Positions 1-9,189 of a stretch of DNA of 64,000 nucleotides are shown one piece after another. The translations under genes were made by a program, and so were the position numbers. Position 1 is the stretch's first letter, and each line of letters starts with the position of its first letter. The DNA is taken from NCBI GenBank assembly GCA_963668645.2, contig CAXXWC010000013.1, forward strand, positions 128,001 through 192,000. Direction: 5' to 3'. Source of the stretch: Desulfobacterales bacterium. Lineage in GTDB: Bacteria; Desulfobacterota; Desulfobacteria; Desulfobacterales; UBA2174. The notes under the pieces are model-generated. The model was not told where the DNA came from, did no database searches, and saw nothing but the letters and a program-made list of their open reading frames with translations.

Positions 1-579
1 ACCAAACCGTAAGGGGAGGCTACCGCGAGGCAGAAGTCAGCAGAGGGCATAGTAGCCGGTGGAAACGAGCCGGGCCTCCCAAATAAAGGGAGAAGAATAC
101 CCGGAAGTCTCACCCCGACGAAGGCCCGAACGGTACCCAGCCGAATGGTTTGGGTAAATGATACTGACCAGTAGGAGGTGCGTACTTATGAACATAAGGC
201 CTCAGCAGATGGAAATGTTCATAGCGTCGCAGATGTCCGAAAGTCTGGGAGGAAATGACCGGCTGCTGGAAATGATCCTTGACCGCCGGAATATGTTCAT
301 GGCCCTGAAACAGGTTTGTGCCAACAAGGGCGCTCCGGGCATTGACAAGATTACCGTCGATCAGATCGGAATCTACCTGAGGCGGCACTGGCCGAAAATC
401 AGGGCGGCATTGCTCGATGGGAGCTACCAACCCTTGCCGGTGAGGCGAAAGGAGATCGACAAACCGGACGGCGGGGTTCGCCTGCTCGGGATTCCAACCG
501 TGCTGGACAGGGTCATCCAACAGGCCATTGCCCAGATGGTGGGGCAGATCTGGGATCCGATCTTTTCCGAGTTCAGCTA

Positions 580-2250
580 GTGTCCATCCGCGGCCGTAAC
601 TATCCGGCCGGCATAAAAAAAGCGCATTTTGTGCTGGAGTTTCGAGGCTGAGTGTAGTATAAACGATGTCGCCAAACAACCGTAAATACTAACAAAGCCG
701 AGAAAAGGACCAACACAAAATGCGCGAAAAATGGCAACGCCAAATGCCCCTGATGCCCGAGATCGCCAGCCACATCCAAGCCCAAGAGCTCGAAGCCATC
801 TCCGGCATCCTGGACAGCAAACCTATCATCACCGAGTTCGTGCTGCAAGATCTTTGCAAGCGGCGCCGTGTTGTCAGCCGTGCCGGGGCAAAAGGCATGA
901 GCGCCGAGCAGGTGCTGCGAGCGGCCGTGGTGATGAGGCTCCACGAGTTGACCTACCAGGACCTGGCTTTTCATCTGGTCGACAGCCAGAGTATCCGGCG
1001 TTTTTGCCGTATCGGCATTGCCGACAAGGGGTTCAAAAAGTCGGTGCTCAACAAAAACATCAAGGCCCTGTCGGATCAGACCTGGGAGGCGATCAACCTT
1101 GAAGTGCTCGGTTATGCCAAACAAAACAAGATCGAAAAAGGCCGTGTGGCACGTATCGATTGTACGGTTGTCGAAAGCAATATCCACGCGCCCAGTGATT
1201 CGAGCCTGCTGTATGATTGTGTCCGGGTGCTGAGCCGGTTGCAGCAAAGGGTCCGGGATCTTGGCCTGGGCCGATTTGGATACCACGATCACCGCCGGGT
1301 GGCCAAACGGCGCATGGTCAAAATTCAGTACGCCCGCAGCAAAAATGAACGTCGTGGGGCCTATGTCGATCTTCTCAAGTACACGGCAAAGTCGTTGGCT
1401 TCGGCCCGGCGCGCTATCGAACGGCTCAAGACGGTCGGTGCTGACAACCTGACCGCGCTGGGCCTGTTTTTTGAATTGGAACGCTACGTTGCACTGACTG
1501 AAAAGGTCATCGCGCAGACCCAGCGCCGCGTCATCAAAGGAGAGAAGGTTCCGGCCTCGGAAAAGCTCGTGTCGATTTTCGAGGAGCATACCGACATCAT
1601 CGTCAAGGACCGGCGCGACACATTTTTCGGTCACAAGATATGTCTGACCGGAGGCCGTTCGAACCTGATTCTCGATTGTCAGATCGTGGAAGGCAACCCG
1701 GCCGATGTGACCTTGACCCAGACGATGCTCGATCGGCAAGAAAAGATTTACGGGCGCTGCCCGCTCAAAGTTGCACTGGACGGAGGGTTTGCTTCCAAGG
1801 CGAATTTGAAGGCCGCCAAGGACAAGGGAATCAAAGACGTCTGTTTTGCCAAAAAGCGCGGCCTGGACCCGGAGAAGATGTGCCGCAGCCCGTATGTGTA
1901 CAGGCGCCTTCGTCGCTTCCGGGCCGGCATCGAGGCGGGCATATCCTGGCTCAAGCGCAGCCTGGGGCTGGATCGGTGCATTTGGAAAGGATGGCGATCG
2001 TTCCAGAGTTATGTTTGGGCGTCGATCGTTTCGGCCAACCTGCTTACGATTGCCCGCAAACAGTTGGCCTGACGGTACGGCACCCGTTCGATACGTAAAG
2101 CCAACAGGTGAGGTGTTCCCGGATTTTAGGGTGAATGGTAACATTTACTGTTAAGGGCTTGTTTTTTGCTAAATTCTTTCGAGATTATTCGCCTGCCGCC
2201 TCTTTGCAGGGTCCTCGGGCGGCTGATTTTGGCGATTTATGGACGGAAAC
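580..2250 (+). mobile_element. Insertion sequence, ISNCY family (ISDol1-like), 1671 bp
   Basis: 6-bp target duplication CAGCTA at 574-579 and 2251-2256; imperfect terminal IR gtgtccatcc versus ggacggaaac; single transposase. Confidence 0.88.
720..2072 (+). CDS. DDE transposase (ISNCY/IS5-like), 450 aa
   Basis: Motifs RIDCTVVESNI, ALDGGF, RAGIEAGISWLKR. Confidence 0.9.
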   Translation: MREKWQRQMPLMPEIASHIQAQELEAISGILDSKPIITEFVLQDLCKRRRVVSRAGAKGMSAEQVLRAAVVMRLHELTYQDLAFHLVDSQSIRRFCRIGIADKGFKKSVLNKNIKALSDQTWEAINLEVLGYAKQNKIEKGRVARIDCTVVESNIHAPSDSSLLYDCVRVLSRLQQRVRDLGLGRFGYHDHRRVAKRRMVKIQYARSKNERRGAYVDLLKYTAKSLASARRAIERLKTVGADNLTALGLFFELERYVALTEKVIAQTQRRVIKGEKVPASEKLVSIFEEHTDIIVKDRRDTFFGHKICLTGGRSNLILDCQIVEGNPADVTLTQTMLDRQEKIYGRCPLKVALDGGFASKANLKAAKDKGIKDVCFAKKRGLDPEKMCRSPYVYRRLRRFRAGIEAGISWLKRSLGLDRCIWKGWRSFQSYVWASIVSANLLTIARKQLA

Positions 2251-3268
2251 CAGCTATGGATTCAGACCTGGAAGATCGGCCCACGATGCGCTCCTGCAGT
2301 CCAAGCAATACCTGCTGGATGGATATACCTACGTTGTCGACATGGATCTGTCGAAGTTCTTCGACCGGGTCAACCACGACCGGCTGATGAGTCGGCTGGC
2401 GTCCAGGATGGCGGACAAACGTGTACTGAAGTTGATCCGCGGGTACCTGAACGCCGGAACGATGATCAACGGTGTGGTGATCTATACTGACGAAGGCACG
2501 CCCCAGGGCGGACCGCTGTCACCACTACTTTCCAATGTCGTCCTGGACGAACTGGATAAGGAATTGGAAGCCAGAGGGCACAAATTCGTCAGATACGCCG
2601 ACGACTTCAGGATCTACTGCAAAAGCCTTAAAGCGGCCGAGCGGGTGTACGCGAGCATCACCAGGTTCTTGACCGTCAGACTCAGGCTCAAGGTAAACGA
2701 GGAGAAAAGCGCTGTCAGTCGTCCGTGGTTGCGCAAGTTCCTCGGATTTACGTTTTTCCACATGTACGGCCAGTCGAAAATCCGAATCCACGCCAAAACC
2801 ACTGAGCGGTTCAAGCGTCGGGTCCGGGAACTGACGGACCGGAACTGTGGGAAAAGTCTGCACCAGGTTGTCAAAGAGCTGAACATGTACCTCAGAGGGT
2901 GGTGGAATTACTTCCGCCTCGCCGAAGCCAGGCACATCCTGAAAGCACTGAAAACCTGGACCATCAGGCGGCTTCGCTGTCTCGTCTGGAAACAGTGGAA
3001 GAACCCGAGAACCAAAGTACACAATCTCGAAAAGCTCGGTATCGACCACGCGCATGCCATGACCTGCGGGAATGCCCGCAAGAAACACTGGCGGATGAGC
3101 AAGGTCAAGTGGGTCGTCATCGCAATGCCGGAGCGCTATTTCATCGAAAAAGGATTATACCTTCCCGGAAATTAACCTTCCTGATCAGCCGAACCGCCTT
3201 GGTACGCGATCCGTATGCCGGGTGGTGTGGGAGGGGGTGGCCGTGAGGTCACTCCCTATCCCGATATT

Positions 3269-4003
3269 TCATTTTCTGAGTCGTTTGTTTATAAATTTCA
3301 CTAACTCTTCGGATTTTTCACAAAAGCTTCTTTCTGGAAAGCTGTCCCAAAAATCTTCAATCGCTTTACCAAATTCGTTTAAAGATTTATCGGTAATTGA
3401 TAGGACCTCTTCAAGAAGACTTGAACCATATAGTTCAAGCAATTCAATATCATCGTGTTTTTTAATAAGATCAGGGCGTTTTTTTCGAAGCTCTTCCGCC
3501 GATGAACCTTCGCCATGCTTGACAACATTGCAGACTAATCGTAATTGATCAATTCGTTTTAATCCATTTAGAGAACTAAAATCGACATCATAGAAAATAA
3601 GAATTTTCTTCATGTCTGCAAATCGGCTAAATATATGATTTAGTTTGATGTGGTAGTCATGAGAAAGCTCTTTGTAAAGGAATAACCTCAACTGTTGCTC
3701 GAATGCCTCATACAATGCGACATGCCACGATGATAAAAGAACATATCTACCATGATTCAATAAGTCCCAATGCTCAACAGATCGATCCATTGCTTCCTCA
3801 GCGATATCAGCGGGGTCAATTGCATCTGGATGATACGTATTTTGCATTACACCTTCAAAATAATCATTCCCGTGCTCTTCTGCTTCTGAATCGATTTTAT
3901 CAAACACAGATTTTAATTTCAGGTTGTAAACTTCTACAAATCTGCCAATTTGGCTTTTCATGTATTTTTTGTCCATTTCCGGCAGATAAATTTGTGGTCT
4001 CAT
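3269..4003 (-). CDS. Integron cassette 3: hypothetical protein with HEPN-like motif
   Basis: AT-rich 244-aa ORF bounded by cassette sites; LRLVCNVVKHG resembles the HEPN RxxxNxxxH motif. Confidence 0.7.
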   Translation of the reverse strand: MRPQIYLPEMDKKYMKSQIGRFVEVYNLKLKSVFDKIDSEAEEHGNDYFEGVMQNTYHPDAIDPADIAEEAMDRSVEHWDLLNHGRYVLLSSWHVALYEAFEQQLRLFLYKELSHDYHIKLNHIFSRFADMKKILIFYDVDFSSLNGLKRIDQLRLVCNVVKHGEGSSAEELRKKRPDLIKKHDDIELLELYGSSLLEEVLSITDKSLNEFGKAIEDFWDSFPERSFCEKSEELVKFINKRLRK

Positions 4004-4030
4004 TGCTGCACCTTATAAGAGTATTATGTG

Positions 4031-4091
4031 AAATAACTGCCAGCTGAGCCGCGCCCGGCTTTTTGGGCGTCGGCTCCAGCGAAAGTTAGAG
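4031..4091 (-). other. Intact attC site of cassette 2 (61 bp)
   Basis: Minus strand: CTCTAAC-TTTCG-CTGGAGCC...GGCTCAG-CTGGCA-GTTATTT; R''/L''/L'/R' layout with the extra G in L''. Confidence 0.92.
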
Positions 4092-4092
4092 C

Positions 4093-4794
4093 CTATTTCA
4101 TCGGCCAGCAAAACTCATCGTGTAGGAAAGAAGTAGTGCCAGTAAAATTCTGTATGTGCAAGGATACCGGCCATATTGTATTGTCGCTGTTAACGTGATG
4201 CGTGTTTAGCTGAGGCTTGAAGTTGAAGATTAGCTGGGCCTCAATGCTGGCGAGCAATTCTTCTGCCTTCTCCAGTGGCTTGACCCACTCCAGCGGTTGG
4301 TATGATCTGTCATCTGTCAATAGAACAACCGCTCCAAGGTAGATTCTCTTGGCGAGGCCATTGTACATGGGATGGAGGAGTCTGGTAAGTGCGGTATGTC
4401 CACATCTAAACCGCCCGCTACTAGAGGATGTTTTGCCAATATAGACCAACTGCTCTGCATCTCCGTCACCGATTGTAATCATGTAAATTGGGTAGCAAAG
4501 CGGAGGCGGCTCTCCCAATTGGCTCTTGATCATCTCGACTTCCTCACGATCTAGCCACATCGGTTCCTCAGCTTCAATGATTGCCAAGCTGGCGGCGACA
4601 TACTCATGAATTTTCCTCCACGAATCAGTCAATGATTCAGCCTCTAAATCAACGCTTTCGTGCGCTGGAACCACAACATCCAAACTCAAGAAACTTCCGA
4701 ATTCCTGATTTGGCGGCCGATTGTCCAAGTCAATGAAGGAATGAAGTGGGTCGCGTCTTTCTAGCCAACTGGACAAGAGAGATACCTTATTCAA
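4093..4794 (-). CDS. Integron cassette 2: GIY-YIG-like nuclease domain protein
   Basis: PIYMI...VYIGKT...RF...H...IEAQLI...PQLN pattern; TTG start after ggagg; R' GTTAGAG at 4817-4811 complements its own R''. Confidence 0.7.
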   Translation of the reverse strand: MNKVSLLSSWLERRDPLHSFIDLDNRPPNQEFGSFLSLDVVVPAHESVDLEAESLTDSWRKIHEYVAASLAIIEAEEPMWLDREEVEMIKSQLGEPPPLCYPIYMITIGDGDAEQLVYIGKTSSSSGRFRCGHTALTRLLHPMYNGLAKRIYLGAVVLLTDDRSYQPLEWVKPLEKAEELLASIEAQLIFNFKPQLNTHHVNSDNTIWPVSLHIQNFTGTTSFLHDEFCWPMK

Positions 4795-4818
4795 GGCGTG
4801 TGACCTCCAGCTCTAACT

Positions 4819-6314
4819 CAATGTCGTTAACTTAAGCCATCGCCTTGTAGCAGCAGAAGAATTTTCTGGGCTTGAGCCGATGGTTCCTTGGTTGCTTTCT
4901 CCCGGGCCGGATCGGCTCGGTGGTCCTTCGAAATAGGGCGAACAATGCTTCGATGAGGCGCCGGATTTTGCAAGCTGATCCGGTAAACAGGATCACGAGG
5001 GTCTCATTGAACCTCGACAGTGCCTGGGTGAAATTGACTTGATAGTTGTACTGGCGGGCAGCAGGCGCTCGGGCCAGCTCATCATTGACAGGACCCGTGA
5101 GCACAGCGGCCAGGTTCTTCATCAGCACTTTGGCATGAAAGTCCTGGTAGATCGAATGTACTGATTTTCCGGTAAAGTTTTCAACCTCCAGACGGCACTT
5201 GAGGACTTTGTAGTCCTCTTCGACGGGCCAGCGTAAATGATAGAGGTCTGCGAACACATCGTGCGGATACTGTTGGTTGTCGAGCAATGAGGTAATCAGC
5301 ACCGTCATCTTTCCGTCTTGTTCGATCCGCACGAGCCTCAGCTTCAAAGGGGTACGTTCCAAACCGAGTTGGGTTATAACGCGGACCGAAGTCGTCGGTA
5401 TCGGCAGGTAAACGATGGACTCATTTTTCCCGGATTCGACAAAGCTGCGAACCACCTTCCAGCGATTGGAGATCCGGGCGCAGAAGTTGGCTTTTCGTGA
5501 AAGGATCAGGGCGAACAACCACCAGGCCGGATAGCCGCGATCCAGCAACAGCAGGTCATGGGGCATGAGGTGGCGGCAATGCTCGACAGCCAGTTGGCGC
5601 TCGCCGATGCTCTTGGGGCGGATACAGGCATCAACCGTGATCTTGTTGAGCGTATCGTAAAGTTGGGACAATCGCGCCATGGGCGACGGCTTTCCTTTGC
5701 GGCAGCGCCAGACGCCGAAGTGATTTTCGATATCAGGGCTGTGGGGCAGCTTGGCAGTGGAGCCATCGACGGCCAGCAGGCGAAAGCCGTTCCATGTTTT
5801 CAGGTTGAAGTGTTCATCGAGAAAATGGTTGAGCTTTTCGTTCAGCTCCCTGAAGGCTTCGAATCTCAGCTTCAGTCGGGCCGTTGACAGAGCCGCCTTG
5901 GTCACGACACGCTTTGCGACATCGGTCCGCTGCAAGGCCTTGAAGAAGTGATCGAGCTCGTCCTGGTAGGATCCGCGCATCAGGTTGAGCATCAGCAGGA
6001 TCAGGTTGTGGAAAGGCAGCTTTCGATCACGGGTGAAGTCTTCAGGAAATAGGCGGTGGCGGGATTTGAAATCGTCAGAGAAAATGGTATTTCTAATAAA
6101 AACGAATAGTTTGGCACACAATTTGGAAAGCAGGTTGCGTGCCAAGTTGATCTGGTTTAGAATGAAATTTCGGCATGGTATTCTCCTTTCGTAATGATCG
6201 TGGAGGGTTGTTATCGAAAGTAAGTATACCATGCCGAACCTTTTAAAATCAACGTATTTATATGTAATTTAGAGGTGTTACGACGCTTTTTGGTGGCTTA
6301 AGTTAACGACATTG
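4819..6314 (-). mobile_element. IS4-family insertion sequence inserted inside the attC of cassette 1
   Basis: Perfect 21-bp terminal IR caatgtcgttaacttaagcca (4819-4839) and tggcttaagttaacgacattg (6294-6314); no target duplication visible. Confidence 0.92.
4832..6232 (-). CDS. IS4-family DDE transposase (true start uncertain)
   Basis: FTRDRKLPF, LAVDGS, LLDRGY, YHLRWPVEEDYKVLK (YREK motif). Confidence 0.9.
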   Translation of the reverse strand: MVYLLSITTLHDHYERRIPCRNFILNQINLARNLLSKLCAKLFVFIRNTIFSDDFKSRHRLFPEDFTRDRKLPFHNLILLMLNLMRGSYQDELDHFFKALQRTDVAKRVVTKAALSTARLKLRFEAFRELNEKLNHFLDEHFNLKTWNGFRLLAVDGSTAKLPHSPDIENHFGVWRCRKGKPSPMARLSQLYDTLNKITVDACIRPKSIGERQLAVEHCRHLMPHDLLLLDRGYPAWWLFALILSRKANFCARISNRWKVVRSFVESGKNESIVYLPIPTTSVRVITQLGLERTPLKLRLVRIEQDGKMTVLITSLLDNQQYPHDVFADLYHLRWPVEEDYKVLKCRLEVENFTGKSVHSIYQDFHAKVLMKNLAAVLTGPVNDELARAPAARQYNYQVNFTQALSRFNETLVILFTGSACKIRRLIEALFALFRRTTEPIRPGRKQPRNHRLKPRKFFCCYKAMA

Positions 6315-6432
6315 ATTTTAAGGGGCCGGGCTCGACAACCAAGGCATGGTTTTACAGCCACAGAAGCCCTATTGAAAAGGCTGTTCAGACGCGCCACGAT
6401 TTGCCCGGTCCATCTTCAAAATGATGTTATGG
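6315..6432 (-). other. Interrupted attC of cassette 1 (R'', L'', L' here; R' displaced to 4811-4817)
   Basis: Minus strand CCATAAC-ATCAT-TTTGAAGA...CCTTAAA-AT then IS; R'' overlaps the cassette stop codon. Confidence 0.8.
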
Positions 6433-7113
6433 CTTGATGTTGTCAGCAATGATTTGAGCAATACTTCCTTCTTTGAATTCAAACTGCTTTTCAATATTTT
6501 GTGTTTTTACTATAATTATTAATGTTTTTTTGATACCAGGAGTAGGGTCAAAGCCAAAAATTTTGTTTGTAACCTTGAAATCTATCCTGTCGTTAAAAAT
6601 ATATTGCTCAAGACGATTCTTAACATCAACAAAAGTTGAGCCGCTCCCATATTCTGCTTTTAAGATTTGAATCACTTTCTTTTTTTTAATATCAAGTTCT
6701 ATGTTTTTATTCCGCCACTTTTGTGGAATTGACTTAAATGGACTTAATGATCCCATGACGATGCATAAAGCACAAATAACATATAAAAAGGAAAATATAG
6801 GTATTGTAACGGCATAGCAAACAAGATGTGGTATTGGATAATTTGTATCCCAATAAAAAGTACCATTCGCCCAAGTGTCTTTTGAAAATATAATCATCTC
6901 TCCATAAAAAAATTTCCAAATAAAAAAAATAATAAACAATAAAAGAAAAGAAAGGCCCAATTTAAATACTGATAAACTGATTTGGTAAACCTTATTAGCT
7001 ATAGCATTTGAAAAATGTTTGCCAATACCCCAAGATACCACACCACTTAATCCAAGGATAGTCATTGAACCGGCAACGATCGAAAACCAATCTGCAATTT
7101 TATCTATAGTCAT
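6427..7113 (-). CDS. Integron cassette 1: membrane protein with C-terminal DUF3395/SUEL-lectin-like domain
   Basis: Very AT-rich; three hydrophobic segments; ILKAEYG...DV...FGFDPTPGIKKTL motif. Confidence 0.65.
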   Translation of the reverse strand: MTIDKIADWFSIVAGSMTILGLSGVVSWGIGKHFSNAIANKVYQISLSVFKLGLSFLLLFIIFFIWKFFYGEMIIFSKDTWANGTFYWDTNYPIPHLVCYAVTIPIFSFLYVICALCIVMGSLSPFKSIPQKWRNKNIELDIKKKKVIQILKAEYGSGSTFVDVKNRLEQYIFNDRIDFKVTNKIFGFDPTPGIKKTLIIIVKTQNIEKQFEFKEGSIAQIIADNIKP

Positions 7114-7155
7114 TGTTAACCTGAATGTATGTTCAATTCTTATTAATCTCTGCTG

Positions 7156-7264
7156 CCATAACTATTATTGGTTTGGGATCCCAAACTATTTCTGGCAAAG
7201 ACTCAAAAAACGCAAGCAAACAAATAAGTTAGATTGTCGCTTTTATCGGGTTAGGCCGGGCCAA
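7156..7264 (-). other. Integron attI region; crossover G/TTATGG at 7162
   Basis: GTTATGG (minus strand, 7162-7156) complements cassette 1 R'' CCATAAC; lies between first cassette and the 5' end of intI; upstream limit uncertain. Confidence 0.6.
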
Positions 7265-7454
7265 CCACTTGTTTCGAATTGGGCCGCGACTCCCGTCATA
7301 ATGGTTTATCCGGTACTCGATAAGCCGTCCATGTAGTCCGAAATGGATAGATCAACTTTAAATACAGGGTGTTGTAAAATAAATGTTGACATGATGTTTA
7401 TATATGTTGCATTCTCGTTATTATTGCGAATAACCCTCAAACAAGGAGGCAACC

Positions 7455-8513
7455 ATGGACCGACCTCCACAAAAGCTTCTCGACCAAGTAAGGGATGTCA
7501 CAAGGCGAAAGCATTATTCCATCCGTACCGAATCGACCTACTGCGACTGGATCAGGCGCTATATTCTGTTTCATGGCAAGAAGCACCCCAAGGACATGGG
7601 AGCTGTGGAAATCGAGCGCTTTCTGACCCATCTGGCCGTGCATGGCAAGGTGGCCGCTTCCACCCAGAACCAGGCGCTTTGCGCTATCGTATTTTTATAC
7701 AAGCACGTCCTTAATATGGAAATCAAGGGAAAAATCAGCGCCGAGCGGGCCAAGAGGCCGCAACGACTGCCAGTGGTACTCTCCCGTTTAGAAATCGACC
7801 GGCTGATCCATCAAATGGAGGGGATGTATTGGCTCATGGCGGGTCTTCTCTACGGGTCCGGGATGCGGCTGATGGAGTGCCTTCGGTTGCGCGTCAAGGA
7901 TGTTGACTTTAATCAACGTTACATTGTCGTACGGTCGGGAAAAGGCGACAAGGATAGGGTCACCCTCTTGCCAGAGCGTTTGATTCCGGAACTTGAAAAT
8001 CAACTCCATTACGCCAAAGGGCTTCATGACAATGACTTGCGGAGAGGGTATGGCGCTGTTTATCTACCCAATGCGTTATCCAGAAAATACCCGAAAGCGG
8101 CCAAGAGTTGGATTTGGCAGTACATTTTTCCTTCAACGAAGTTGTCCAGGGACCCGAGATCCCAGAAGACAAGGCGGCATCACATCGACCAAAGCTGCCT
8201 GCAGAGAGCCGTCAAAACCGCCGCGCAAAAGGCCAAGATCCACAAACCGGTAACCCCCCATACCCTGCGGCACAGCTTTGCCACCCACTTGTTGGAAAGT
8301 GGCTACGATATCCGCACCATACAGGAACTGTTGGGGCATAACGACGTGACCACGACCATGATTTATACCCATGTCTTGCAGCGAGGACCCGGTGCCGTGC
8401 GCAGTCCCATGGACAGTGCTACTCAAAACCCGGCAAGACCGGCGATTCGTTTGGTGCAATCCATTTCGGGTGAAAGGAGCAAAAGATGGTCTCGGATCGG
8501 GATGACCGGATGA
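7455..8513 (+). CDS. intI: Integron integrase
   Basis: [34 protein letters not shown], IntI-specific insertion [12 protein letters not shown]...[34 protein letters not shown] aaggagg. Confidence 0.97.
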   Translation: MDRPPQKLLDQVRDVTRRKHYSIRTESTYCDWIRRYILFHGKKHPKDMGAVEIERFLTHLAVHGKVAASTQNQALCAIVFLYKHVLNMEIKGKISAERAKRPQRLPVVLSRLEIDRLIHQMEGMYWLMAGLLYGSGMRLMECLRLRVKDVDFNQRYIVVRSGKGDKDRVTLLPERLIPELENQLHYAKGLHDNDLRRGYGAVYLPNALSRKYPKAAKSWIWQYIFPSTKLSRDPRSQKTRRHHIDQSCLQRAVKTAAQKAKIHKPVTPHTLRHSFATHLLESGYDIRTIQELLGHNDVTTTMIYTHVLQRGPGAVRSPMDSATQNPARPAIRLVQSISGERSKRWSRIGMTG

Positions 8514-9136
8514 ATTTCGATGCCTTCATGAAGCGGGTGGAAAAGGGCGCCCGCATCCGTTCCCAGAACCAGCTTGCCGGCGCCCTGGGCATCCACCGTT
8601 CGGCCATAAGCCAGGCCAAGCGCAAGGGGGCGGTGCCGCGCCAGTGGGTTTACAAGCTGGCTGAGGCCTTCGATCTGGATGCGAACTGGCTGATGACCGG
8701 CAGAAGCGATCCGCGTTCGATAGGTGGGGACGATCTGATCTGGGTGCCGCGGGTCGAGGCCCGGCTCAGCGCGGGGGGCGGATCGTTCGAAACCGGCAGC
8801 CAGGCCAAGGACGCGATGCCGTTCAGCCGGGCCCAGCTTCAGGGGCTCGGGCCGGCCGCGGACCTGGTGATGATGGAGGTTTCAGGCGACAGCATGGAGC
8901 CTGGCATCCGGGCCGGCGACACGGTGATGATCGACCGGAGCCAGATCGCGGTGGTGGCCGGCGGGATCTTTGCGGTGGGCATCGACGATACCATCATGGT
9001 CAAACGGCTGGAAAAACGGCCCGGCAAGCTGGCCCTGATCAGCGACAACCGGGCCTACGAGACGGTGCTGATCGATTCGGCCGGGGCCAGCGTGCGGATC
9101 CTGGGCCGGGTGGTCTGGCTTCAACGGCGGGTGTGA
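8486..9136 (+). CDS. CI/LexA-like repressor (HTH plus S24 autopeptidase)
   Basis: N-terminal [28 protein letters not shown] cleavage-site motif; VSGDSMEP (Ser) and MVKRL (Lys); RBS aaaggag. Confidence 0.9.
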   Translation: MVSDRDDRMNFDAFMKRVEKGARIRSQNQLAGALGIHRSAISQAKRKGAVPRQWVYKLAEAFDLDANWLMTGRSDPRSIGGDDLIWVPRVEARLSAGGGSFETGSQAKDAMPFSRAQLQGLGPAADLVMMEVSGDSMEPGIRAGDTVMIDRSQIAVVAGGIFAVGIDDTIMVKRLEKRPGKLALISDNRAYETVLIDSAGASVRILGRVVWLQRRV

Positions 9137-9159
9137 GGGGGGGGAGCGGCTTGAAAAAT

Positions 9160-9186
9160 GGATTCCGGGTCAAGCCCGGAATGACG
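9160..9186 (-). repeat. CGTC-type REP palindrome
   Basis: Minus strand cgtcattccgggcttgacccggaatcc; a related copy lies at 9656-9683. Confidence 0.7.
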
Positions 9187-9189
9187 AAA

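Larger units (their letters stand above)
188..3175 (+). pseudogene. ltrA: Group II intron reverse transcriptase/maturase split by an IS (188-579 joined to 2257-3175)
   Basis: N-part NKGAPGID...RLLGIPTVLDRVIQQA...FSEFS; C-part YGFRPGRSAH, GTPQGGPLSP, YADD; removing the IS and one CAGCTA copy restores FSEFSYGFRP; RBS ggagg before ATG 188. Confidence 0.92.
1..3265 (+). mobile_element. Class C group II intron inserted in an attC site; 5' end lies upstream of the window
   Basis: Intron RT ORF without endonuclease domain; short domain V with CGC triad (gaaccgcc...ggtggtgt, ~3191-3228); domain VI ending ctatcccgAT at 3265; upstream motif agaagtcagcagagggcatagtag...gaaggcccgaac; antisense to the cassettes. 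Confidence 0.9.

Noticed and set aside
2135..2250. N-terminus of the 346-aa ORF as a real protein start
   Set aside because: It lies inside the IS right end and is only fortuitously in frame with the RT remainder.
188..3175. Retron or defence-associated RT
   Set aside because: Group II intron RT0 and maturase features and ribozyme domains are present; no retron-type VTG motif seen.
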